From the NCBI GenBank assembly GCA_051294375.1, contig JBJCIZ010000591.1, positions 1 through 16,539 of the forward strand: 16,539 nucleotides of DNA, in the 5' to 3' direction. Shown piece by piece: positions 1 to 9,220 of this stretch. The position numbers were made by a program, and so were the translations under genes. Every line of letters begins with the position of its first letter. The stretch's first letter is position 1. The notes under the pieces are model-generated. The model did not search any database and was not told where the DNA came from. It saw only the letters and a list, made by a program, of their open reading frames with translations. This DNA is from Paraspadella gotoi (Eukaryota; Animalia; Chaetognatha).

Positions 1-27
1 AAAAACACCACCCAAGATTTTATTACA
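1..27 (+). repeat. 3' end of 5' LTR
   Basis: aaaaacaccacccaagattttattaca vs 5450-5476 aaaaacaccacccaagagtttattaca (1 mismatch); ends in CA, followed by PBS. Confidence 0.92.
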
Positions 28-29
28 TC

Positions 30-39
30 TGGCGCCCAA
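30..39 (+). promoter_or_regulatory. Primer-binding site, tRNA-Lys type
   Basis: TGGCGCCCAA 2 nt after the LTR-terminal CA; complementary to the 3' end of tRNA-Lys (..UUGGGCGCCA). Confidence 0.85.
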
Positions 40-546
40 TCTATTGAACCCACGACTTGGGATTAATGTGAGTACATATTGTCAAGGTTGGCAATTTATT
101 CTGTGTTATTAAATTAAAATATTAAATTCAAGGTTATAGTCGTGTGTGATATTATTATGAGTAATGGTTTATGTACATATTGATATATTCGGTAAAGGTA
201 TCAATTACATATGTACAAGGTCACAGAATAGAGTCCTCAGTAAAATTTGGGTCAGGGCACTGGAAAATGGCATTGTAATATTAATAATCTCTGGAGTTTG
301 TCATAATTGTTTAAAATTTTTTTTAAGTTAAAAGTATATTTAAAACTATATTTAAAAATTACTCATATCAAGTGGATAAAGCAGTAATACATAGTTTAAG
401 GTTTGATGAAACTTTTTTTTTGTAAAATAAAATTGGTGAAAGTGTGTTCTTAAATTAATCAAGGGAACAAGGTAAATTGAAGGGAACAAAGGCGAAAACG
501 GTTAAAAAGGTTTGCTACAAATTTTTTTTTGCAGAAGGCTGTAAAA

Positions 547-1802
547 ATGGCTGAAGTTGGTGAGGCTATAGATAAAATGGGAAAAATGATTTCTGATATT
601 TTAAAATGTCAAAATGAAAATTTTCAGCATTATCTAGAATCGATGCAAAAGCAAGTAGAGACGGAAAGAGATATTTACAGGGGTTTGATACTCAATCAGC
701 AAAAATATCATAGGGATGATATTGAGATTTTGGTTTCAGAATTTGCACGGTTAAGAGTATCTCAGGAACTGCTGTGGGCAAGTAATAATCAAAAGTTACC
801 CTCATATGATGGGGCCGGTACAGAATTTGATGAATGGGCTGATAAGGTTCAAACGTGTGTTACCTGTAATGAGTGGGACATAAAGAAGTTTTTGATGGCG
901 TTGCCACTCAGTTTAAATGGGGTGGCAAAAAGGGCTTATGATAACTTAACTGAAAGGGAACAGGCTAGCACAGAAAACGTAATACAAGGGTTAAGAAAGA
1001 AGCTGGACCCCCGGTCTCAGCAAAGAAATCAAGAAAACTTTATGTTGGCTAAAAGGGAGGCTAAAGAGAGTATAACTCAATTTATAGATAGATGTCGTAT
1101 GTATTTGCGCAGGGCAGGAAGGGACCCTGCCGGAACTTTTGTAGTAGAAATGATGAAATCTAAAGTATATGAGTCATTAGGCTTAACCGATTGTAAAATC
1201 TTAAGAGCATCTGTGGACCAGATTGCTTCATTAGATCATTTAATAGAAAAAGCGGATGAGATGCACAATATAATGGAATTGGGAATGTACAACATAGAGG
1301 GCTCGCTCAAATTAATAAAGTTAATAATAATAGTTGTAATGGTAATAAAGTGTTTTATAATGAAAGGCAAAAACAAAGGTGGAACAAGGTTAAGGATAAC
1401 GTGTGTTGGCGGTGTGATAGGAGAGGTCACATAAAAAGGGTATGTCCATTGCAAATGGCCAATAACTACTTAAAGGAAATTCAAAAGGAAGATATTGAAA
1501 GAGAGCAAAAGGGGACACCAGTTAAAATAAATGCTGAAGTCATTCAGTGTGGAGTCGATAGCCAGGCTAGCAGGGAGAGTAAAAGAGGCTTTTATAAGCC
1601 ATGTAAAGGGTTTCAACATGTTAATTCTGTTGGTTATAACATGGGACACCCTAATAAATTAGAGTGTCAAGATGATAATATAAGGGGAAAGGTTGAGGGT
1701 AAAATGGAATGGTTTCAATTAAGTACGGACAAGGTTGAAAAAATGGGTAACTCAGAGGCAGATGCTATAGGAAAAAAGAAGGTTAACGATAAAAGAAATT
1801 AA
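547..1802 (+). CDS. gag: Gag (coiled-coil N-terminus, capsid-like region, CCHC zinc knuckle), broken by a -1 frameshift near 1260-1290
   Basis: ATG at 547; LPSYDG..FDEW..KVQTC..CNEW..LPLSLNGVAKRAY and AKREAKESITQFIDR are Gypsy capsid-like patterns; the second frame is open from 1260 and holds CWRCDRRGHIKRVC (CX2CX4HX4C) at 1404-1445. Confidence 0.85.
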
Positions 1803-1864
1803 AATATAAGGGACCATAGTAAAATGAGTTACACAAAAAGAAGGTCCAATCACAGGGAACGAAA

Positions 1865-3226
1865 ATGTCGGTAGGAGAACTTGTAAAAGTTCCGAGGTCT
1901 AGGGATATCATTGGATGGGTAGAGGAAGAAATTCCTCAAATAGATAAAGACTTAGAATTGGTAGAGGAAGAGGTTTATGATGATTTTAAGTCTATTCCAA
2001 CTTACTCTTACATAACGGTTGGTATACGGGATATAGAAATGAGGTTAGGCTTTGATACAGGAAGTGTAAAAACCTTTTTGTCAGAAGAGATGTATGAGAT
2101 AATTAACTCTGATAAAAGGTATATTCTCCACCCTCATGGATCTGAATTTGAAGCGGTAAACGGTACTAAAATAGAGTGTATGGGATATGTAAAATTGCCG
2201 GTATTATTCTTCGGGTTTAAGAATAATTATTCAGCAACAATTAAATTTTACGTTATAAGGGGTCTGGAAATTCAAGGGTTACTAGGATTAGATGAGATAT
2301 GTCGGCATTCATTCAATATTAATTTAGCAGATGGTACTTGTTTTCAACCTAAGGCTGGGCAGATACATATTAATTTTATGTATAAAGATCAAAAGGGTGT
2401 TAGAAAGGTAAAGGTAGCAGAAGACGTAGTACTGCCTTCGCAATCTTCTTGTCATATAACGGTAGAAATCCAGGGTCTAAGGAGCGAGGGAGGTGAAGGC
2501 ATAATTCAGCCTTCAAAAGATATAGGGAAATACGGTATCAATGCTTGTAGAAGATTAACTGTAGCTAAACCGGTGGTGAAAACCAAAGTAATTAACCCAG
2601 GGACACAAAGGCTGACTCTAAAAAAGGGTGAGGAGTTTGGTAATTTTACTTTTACGGATCACATGCCTCTATTGATTAATAATGTGGGTGAGAGTAATAA
2701 GGAAAATATGGGAACTGCCAATAGCATGAAAAGTTATAAGTGTTTCAAAAATACTTTCCTAAATGAGCATTTTCAGAGTGATGGGTTGAAAGAGGTTAAT
2801 TTGTGGTCAGAAAATTCAGTATTTCAGACTGAAAAGGTTAAAAGAGAATTAGGCAGTAAAAACTTTTGCAAGAGTCCAGAGTCTAAAATCTATGGACCTA
2901 AGCATCAAAAAGCACTAATGCAAGAGGGCAATTTTGTAAAACCAAAGGTGCTTACCAGAAGGTGGTTATCAATATTATTAATGTTTATAATAAGTGTTGG
3001 TAGCTGGTCAAACTTTTTATCACGAGTTTATTTTGAAGATCAACCTCATCTAAATTGTAATAAAGAATGGGTAGTTGCTAGTAGTTTTCATACAGTCATG
3101 TGCGGTAAGGAAAATACTGATGTAGATTTAATGGCGGGAAAGACAGCAGTTAAAATAATAAGGCCTATTCTTGGGCACTTTGACATTTATTTTGCTTACT
3201 ATTTAGAGCATTTAGAAGGCCCTTAG
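1865..3226 (+). CDS. Retroviral-type aspartic protease, then a beta-rich (dUTPase-like relic) linker and a C-terminal region with a hydrophobic segment
   Basis: FDTGS active-site motif (DTG 2054-2062), AVNGTKI flap, GLLGLD closing motif; VVLPSQSSCHITV...VINPGTQRLTLKKGEEFG resembles the post-protease domain of many animal Gypsy elements; WLSILLMFIISVGSW at 2963-3007. Confidence 0.85.
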   Translation: MSVGELVKVPRSRDIIGWVEEEIPQIDKDLELVEEEVYDDFKSIPTYSYITVGIRDIEMRLGFDTGSVKTFLSEEMYEIINSDKRYILHPHGSEFEAVNGTKIECMGYVKLPVLFFGFKNNYSATIKFYVIRGLEIQGLLGLDEICRHSFNINLADGTCFQPKAGQIHINFMYKDQKGVRKVKVAEDVVLPSQSSCHITVEIQGLRSEGGEGIIQPSKDIGKYGINACRRLTVAKPVVKTKVINPGTQRLTLKKGEEFGNFTFTDHMPLLINNVGESNKENMGTANSMKSYKCFKNTFLNEHFQSDGLKEVNLWSENSVFQTEKVKRELGSKNFCKSPESKIYGPKHQKALMQEGNFVKPKVLTRRWLSILLMFIISVGSWSNFLSRVYFEDQPHLNCNKEWVVASSFHTVMCGKENTDVDLMAGKTAVKIIRPILGHFDIYFAYYLEHLEGP

Positions 3227-3881
3227 GGTGGATGGCTCATAACGAGATAGTAGTAGTCAACATGGAGGAAGTATAGTAAACAATATTAAGTTATAAAGAA
3301 TTATATAGACTTATGATATAGAAAAGGTAATTTATGTTTAATTTAATAAGATAGGTCTGAAAGGTGTTACTTGACAAGTGTTATTGAAATGGTGACTAAA
3401 TTAGAGTGAATTCTCTGTTGTGGTATTTCTGAAATGGAGAGAGTAATAGGGGTGTGTAATGACGGAGGTGATGTGGACACAAGGTGGCGTACGCGCAAAT
3501 TTAAAAATCCCAAAGGGTGTTAGTTGGGCAACCGCGGTTAACAAAACCGGCTTCCCTAACTGGAAAAATCCTTGTGATCCTCGGGAAAATTCCTAGCCGT
3601 CTGTTGGGGAGGTAAGATGATGTGCAAGAGAGGAGTGTGAAAGAGGATGGACATAATAATGGTGGATTTTCACTCGCGCTTAGGTGCCATGAATATAAAA
3701 CAAAGTTGCTGCCATCAACTTAGTATGTTTAAGGGATGTTATTAAGTATTTGGTTATTAAGCAGCTTAAAACAAGTATTAGAGGTGTGGATAAGACAACG
3801 TGAAATGAAAAAAAAAGGTGATTTTATTAAAATTGTTCTCTATTGAGGTTCAGTTCGCCATATAATTCTAATGGTACACAC

Positions 3882-3915
3882 TATATATATATACTATATA
3901 TATATATATATATAT
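3882..3915. repeat. (TA)n microsatellite, interrupted
   Basis: tatatatatata-c-tatatata... directly visible. Confidence 0.9.
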
Positions 3916-4339
3916 GTCCAACAACTGCTGCAACAAAGCACAGTACTGGTAAATGTTGGACAATTAGTTTTCTTTTTGAAATTCTATTTGTCTCTTAATA
4001 ATGGTCAATAGAGTTGCGACCAGCTGGGTGTGATTAAAAAGTGGTTGTAAATAGTGTTGAAATTGAAGTTGGAATATGGTTTGATGTTTTGCTCGGGGGG
4101 GGGGGATATGGAATAAAGATTACAATTTTTAAGTATGAAGGTATAAGCAATGATGCATATTTTGGTCCTTAAGATATACATAAAAATAACAAGACACTGG
4201 TAGACATTAGAAATGGTTAAATAAGGATGAAAGAGTTTGAAAAATTATTTCTGCACAGAGGAATCAGTTCAAAAAATGAAACTTTTATAATTTAAAAAGC
4301 ATGAAACTGCATGAGGACATGCAGAAGTTTTGTCCGTCC

Positions 4340-4346
4340 GGGGGGA
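4340..4346 (+). promoter_or_regulatory. Polypurine tract
   Basis: GGGGGGA immediately before the TGTAATAA start of the 3' LTR. Confidence 0.8.
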
Positions 4347-4610
4347 TGTAATAACAAAAGTACGGCGACGACCTTTTTTATTAGTTATTAGTAATTGATA
4401 TTGCAGGGATAGGCTTTAGGCAAGCAAGGATTGGCTTTGAGCAAAAGCAAAGGTTGGTTTAAGAAAGTCTATAAGAAGCAAAAAAATTGGTTATAAGTGA
4501 AGCAGAGTATTGCCTTGAGCAAAATGAGGGTAAAATGGCTAAAAACAAAAGGGCAGTTAGGAGAAGGGTAAAAGCCAAAAGGGGGCTTTTACGGCCTTGC
4601 TAGTCCCAAG

Positions 4611-4683
4611 CCAATCCAGAGGATGAAAACACGTGCAAAATCTGCTATATTAAGAGCGAGTGCCAACAAATGTGGTTCAGAGT
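4611..4683 (+). promoter_or_regulatory. Putative Pol II core promoter of the LTR
   Basis: CCAAT (4611), CACGTG E-box (4630), TATATTAA (4646) and TCAG about 30 nt downstream (4677); order and spacing are as expected, but this is motif evidence only. Confidence 0.55.
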
Positions 4684-4741
4684 CAATTGAGACCCTCTGA
4701 AGTGTAAGGTGAAAATTCTGTGCGGCTGGAAAAAGGTACTG

Positions 4742-4863
4742 GAAAAACGCTTAAGTCCAGGAGAGACTGAAAACGCCTAAGTCCAGGTATGAGACTGAAA
4801 ACGCTAAGAAGACGAAACTCTAAGTCCAGGAGAGACTTGAAAACCCTAAGTCCAGAAGGACTG
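4742..4863 (+). repeat. LTR-internal tandem array 1 (~26-28 nt unit GAAAACGC(C/T)TAAGTCCAGGAGAGACT)
   Basis: About 4 full and 1 truncated imperfect copies visible. Confidence 0.85.
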
Positions 4864-4881
4864 GTTGGTAATAATAACCTC

Positions 4882-5055
4882 TTAAGGTTAAGTCTGTAAG
4901 ACTTGGTTAAGGTTAAGTTCTTGTACAGACTTTGTGTAAGGTTAAGTCTTGGTAAGACTTGGTTAAGTTTATTTGGTAAGTCTGGGTAGATTAGTCTGGT
5001 ATAACTGAAGACTTTGGTTAAGGTTAAGTCTGGTAAGACTTGGGTTAAGGTTAAT
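4882..5055 (+). repeat. LTR-internal tandem array 2 (~25-28 nt unit TTAAGGTTAAGTCTGGTAAGACTTGG)
   Basis: About 5-6 imperfect copies visible. Confidence 0.85.
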
Positions 5056-6075
5056 GGGATTAATAAGGTCTCGAAGTGACTACAGACCACAGCTTCATAA
5101 TTCCTAGTTCGGGACTCTCCTCAACTCTCAAGTGGATTTCATAATCTTTGGCTTACACTTTAATTTTAACTGGTGTATTTTAATTGTGTTTACTGCACTT
5201 TGATTTTACTGTGCTTTTAAAAAATATTGTATTTGCAGTCAGTAGTAAGATATTATTTTTAAATTTGTACTAAAGATATTTTCTTATTTTTCTTCAGTGT
5301 TAAATTGTTTTAATAAAAGCGCCCCAGGATACAAAACTCCAGTGGACTTCAGGATTTAAATAATAAAGTTTTAACGCCAGGAACTCCCAGTGCCCAAGAA
5401 CTAAGGCTCCAGTTTTTGTATTTTTTATAATAAAGTGGGTGGTTGGTAAAAAAACACCACCCAAGAGTTTATTACAGTCAGATTTGAACGAAAATCTCTA
5501 TTGAAAAATCTTTAAGAACGAACGTCAGCTCCTAATATAAATAGGTTAAATACTATTGTACTTTTTTTCATTATCACAAAAAAAGAATAGGCTTGCACGA
5601 GAGCGAAAATTTAATATCAAGCTTACCATTGTCACTAACAGCATACATAACCGTATTGCCTGTAAAAAATTAGAGCACACTGCACGGAATGTTAGGATAA
5701 CTCGGAAGCATACGCATTACACATTACATTACACAATGTGAAAAAAAATACGCGCCACTTTATAACTTTAATTCTTGCAATCATAAAGAATTTTTTACAA
5801 ATTATAATATTATATAAATATAAGAAAAATAATTTAAAAAAAATAAATCCATGTGAACAGTTTTATCAAAATTGGTTCAAGAGATATGATTTTTTAAACT
5901 TGAGTGTCCAAATCCAAGAAGGGAAAATCGAATAATACAATGTGTCCCAATGGTACTGTCTAGTAAAAAAAGTTACTACAATATACCCAATCAAAAACTT
6001 TAATTCATTATTAATGAATATGCGCAGTGCGCACAGGTATTAACCATTTATAAATACTAAATTTAAAATAGAACG

Positions 6076-6888
6076 AAACAAACTGCTATAGTAATATATA
6101 AAGCAATTGGGAAAATCTTAAAGTATAGTGATCTCGCCAGACGTTACTATCAAAGAAAATTAATGAAAAATCTATAAAAAAGAATGATTGTGCGATAATA
6201 ATTATTAATGCAATCAAAATTGATTGAGTAATAATAAATGATTGATTATATAGTAATGATTTTTGATTGATGTAATAGTAATTGATTATTAATTCGATGA
6301 TAACCAAATATTGATGCGATGATAACCAAAGTATGATGCAATGATAAACCAAAGGATGATACGTGATAACCAAATGATAAGGCGATGATAACCAATGATA
6401 GATGCGATGATAACCAATATTGATGCCGATGATAACCAAATATTGATGCGATGATAACCAAATATTAATGTGATGATAGCCAAATGATGGACACAATGAT
6501 AGTAACTTCATTGATACATGATAATCTTCATTGATGCGCCGATAATCATTTATGATGCGACGATAATCATTCATCGTAAATAAACAAATGGCATGTATGA
6601 GTGAGAAAGAAAGAAAAGAAAAACTTTAATTTTTTGTACAGACGCTGCAGAGCTGAACTCGTTTATATAAATAAATAAATAAAATAGTTTTGTAAATAAA
6701 ACAAACAAATGAGTGTAGGAACAATTTAAAAGACCTCAATGATGAGAAGCCGTATCTAATTTTAGCTTCTATGTTACACACTTGAGCTATTTTAATGTTA
6801 AAACAGCGTGACGATGACGATAACGGTCAACAGAACAAATTAACATCTCGCCAAGTCGATCTTCGCCCGTCTGGTGAGATTAAAAAAA
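6076..6888 (-). mobile_element. Non-autonomous Helentron-type element (HINE/DINE-1-like)
   Basis: 13-bp subterminal inverted repeats 6131-6143 (atctcgccagacg) / 6868-6880 (cgtctggtgagat), 12/13; extra partial IR at 6845-6853 folding with the 5' subTIR; short (GTC/ATC)-type microsatellite ~6808-6827; imperfect 3' hairpin 6084-6105; T-run at the 5' end; central tandem array. This layout matches described HINEs. Confidence 0.75.
6295..6576. repeat. Minisatellite, ~22-nt unit CGATGATAACCAAATATTGATG, drifting to ~21-nt units
   Basis: About 13 imperfect tandem copies. Confidence 0.92.
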
Positions 6889-7783
6889 TTTCTGTAATTT
6901 TTTTTGTTAAAAATTATTTATATTTATCAATATTTTTTAGAATATTATTAAATTATAATTAAAATTGTTTCCTTAAATAAAGAACATAAAAAAAACCTTA
7001 TATTTTTAGCTACAGACTTTATAATATAGTATCCTTCTTTTTAAAATTATTACTTACCTTGTTCATATAATTTTCTGATTGATTTAATAATAATTATTGA
7101 AAAATAAGTAACATTTATTCTGGGTAATGATTTAATTGCTCACAAATTCAAATAATGGAAATTAAAGATCAAAAATAATTAGTTTACAGAGTTCGGACTT
7201 GATCTTACTCCCTTATTGATCCTCCCCATATGTTTTAACAAAATTGTATATATATTAATAGAAGAGGAATCGTTAAGGATTTTTCTATCTTATGATTGTA
7301 TTTAGTTTTTTGCGATTTCTAAAAACATAAGTATGGCAGAACAAAAACTATGAGTCATATTTGCTCCGCGCCAAATAGTTAAAATCAAACTTCATACAGG
7401 GGTGAGACCATATATCGCTAAACTGTTAATGATTTTCGAAATCATGAATAAAGATTCAAATTATGCTCTTTCTAGCTTTTATTCGATATATTAATTGTTA
7501 TGAAATTCTTTGATATAATGCTTATTTTTTAATGAAGCAAAGGCAACTGCTCTGTTTATCGACGTGGTTTGGAAAAAAATGTTTGACTACTTATTGTTAA
7601 TCCCATTCTAAAAACATGCAGATAAAATTATTAAGAAAAATCCTTATTTAGAGTATAAGAATAATTTAGCATGGTATACATTACATTTTGTCAAAAAAAT
7701 GTTAAGTCAGTAAGGTTCGGATATGTTACTATATAAATCAATTTTTATTAAAAATGACCTTTTTTTAAAATTATGAATGATAT

Positions 7784-8426
7784 TGAAGAGACAGTAATTA
7801 TTGATAAGTTGTTAATGACAGAACCGTTCAATATAAGCAGTCCCTGAGCTTCGGATCAGGCTGTAACACCATATTACAGGCGGGTTAAGCGCCCCGTCCC
7901 TCTTAAACTGCCAGACGACCACCGGGCTAGAACCCGGACCTTTGGGTTGGGAGGCGAATGATTTGCCTCCGGCACCAATGGCCGCTGATGAACGGTTGGT
8001 GGATTTTAGTCCACCATACATCCCCCCCTCCGTAGGGAGAAGTCTGTTTGCGTCTCTTCAGTGAATTGTTGTTGTTGGGGAAAGTTCGTCACCAAGTGAG
8101 GCATGTCGCCTGATGTGTTGTGGGCGGAAAGTGCATCGCCAGGTTGAGCATGGTCGCTGAAAGTGTTGTTGTTGCTGTTGTGTTGGAAGGTCGGCTCACC
8201 ATGAGAGGACAGTAATTATTGATAAGTGTAATGACAGACCGTTCAATATAAGAGTCCCTGAGCTTCGATAGGTGTAACACCTATTACAGGCGGGTTAAGC
8301 CGCCCCGTCCCCTCTAACTGCCAGACGACCACCGGGCTAAAACCACGGACCTTTGGTTGGAGCGAATGACTTGCCTCCGGCACCAATGGCCGCTGATGAA
8401 CGGTTGGTGGATTTTAGTCCACCTTA
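7784..8426 (-). mobile_element. TRIM (miniature LTR retrotransposon) with tRNA-derived sequence in its LTRs (Helenus-like)
   Basis: Direct repeats 7784-8018 and 8202-8426; PBS-like TGGTGAGCCGAC (8201-8190) abutting the 5' LTR; PPT GGAGGGGGGGA (8031-8021); 183-nt non-coding interior; ATAT on both flanks (7780-7783, 8427-8430). Confidence 0.88.
7916..7983 (-). ncRNA. tRNA-Gly(CCC)-like Pol III module inside 3' LTR (second copy ~8326-8391); not a functional tRNA
   Basis: A-box-like TGGTGCCGGAGG; TCGCCTCCCA as in the tRNA-Gly-CCC anticodon arm; T-arm/B-box CCGGG-TTCTAG-CCCGG; the full cloverleaf is imperfect. Confidence 0.7.
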
Positions 8427-9016
8427 ATATTGTCCAGATATGTAAATTAATCATATCATGTAGATTTCAGAATGCATGATAAAAGAGTCCGAAGTCAGCA
8501 AAAAAATACTTGCAAAAAAAGTATTTGCATGATTTAAAGCTTATTCCTTAAAATCTTCTAAATTTGTTTTACTACCTTATAGAAGTTTAAATAAGTTTAA
8601 TTTGGATGGTTATGAAAATCTGAAATTAGAAGAAATTAAAGAGAAGACATACCATATATATTCAACAACGACCACTGAAAATATAACCAGTATGGCTTTT
8701 TATACTATGCATATGTAAGGTGCGAGTATAAAAATGACTAAACTGATTTGAAACATCCACAACGCCTGTAGTTTGTTAAAATTTGTTATTGTTTCATTGT
8801 ATATGAAGAGAATAAAAAGACAGAAAAAATCTTTTGGCACCTATTTTATTTATTTATCTCAAATCGTTAGAAGGGCAGGACGTTAAGTTTTATCTCGATA
8901 TATGGTCCCAGCCCTGTATAAGTATTTGCACTCCTGCAAAAGTAAAATGATCCACCTAGTGGGTTTTCTTTTATGGTGTGAGAGAGTACTGTTTATGGAT
9001 TTCTCAATAAAAAAAT

Positions 9017-9220
9017 TATGGTGGACTAAAATCCTCCAACCTTCAGTCAGGCGGCATTGTTGCAGGAGGCAGTCATTCGCCTCCCAAACCAAGGTCCGGG
9101 GTTCTACCCCGGTGGTAAGAGGGACCCGCTGTAACACGGAGTTACAGCCTGATCGGAGCTCATTGCTGCTATATGGAAGGGTTCTGGCACTTAACACACA
9201 ACAATCATTACTGTCTCTCA
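9017..9220 (+). mobile_element. Solo LTR of the same tRNA-containing TRIM family (diverged, opposite orientation)
   Basis: Colinear with the reverse complement of 7784-8018 (tatggtggactaaaatcc...ttactgtctctca); flanked by AAAT at 9013-9016 and 9221-9224. Confidence 0.85.

Larger units (their letters stand above)
1..5476 (+). mobile_element. Non-autonomous Ty3/Gypsy-like LTR retrotransposon (gag-protease only); 5' LTR truncated by window edge
   Basis: Bases 1-27 match 5450-5476 at 26/27; PBS at 30-39; gag/CCHC/protease ORFs; PPT at 4340-4346 directly before a 3' LTR bounded by TGTAATAA...TTATTACA. No RT (YxDD), RNase H or integrase motif recognised between 3227 and 4346. Confidence 0.9.
4347..5476 (+). 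repeat. 3' LTR (1130 bp)
   Basis: 8-bp terminal inverted repeats TGTAATAA (4347) / TTATTACA (ending 5476); preceded by PPT; end matches bases 1-27; AATAAA at 5312, 5362 and 5429. Confidence 0.9.

Noticed and set aside
1772-1778. A AAA AAG slippery heptamer as a programmed -1 gag-protease frameshift
   Set aside because: The -1 frame hits TAA at 1784 and further stops at 1817 and 1820 before the protease ORF.
4683-5090. 135-aa minus-strand ORF with repeated LNLT/LLDL words
   Set aside because: Translation of the LTR tandem arrays; non-ATG start and no domain.
5944-5964. Helitron 3' end (imperfect hairpin followed by CTAG|T)
   Set aside because: Stem is weak and unusually close to CTAG, and no matching 5' end is visible; not supportable from this window alone.
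6086-6574. Repetitive ORFs (GYHRINIW...) and a CRISPR-like look of the array
   Set aside because: Head-to-tail minisatellite with no unique spacers; a 22-nt unit cycles through frames; eukaryotic context with no cas genes.
7916-7983. Functional tRNA gene or ordinary SINE
   Set aside because: Cloverleaf is imperfect, and the sequence is embedded within LTRs with PBS, PPT and TSD.
7985-7991. CTGATGA hammerhead ribozyme core (also 8393-8399), suggesting a retrozyme
   Set aside because: No GAAA after the following stem, antisense to the element, and not kept in the solo LTR.
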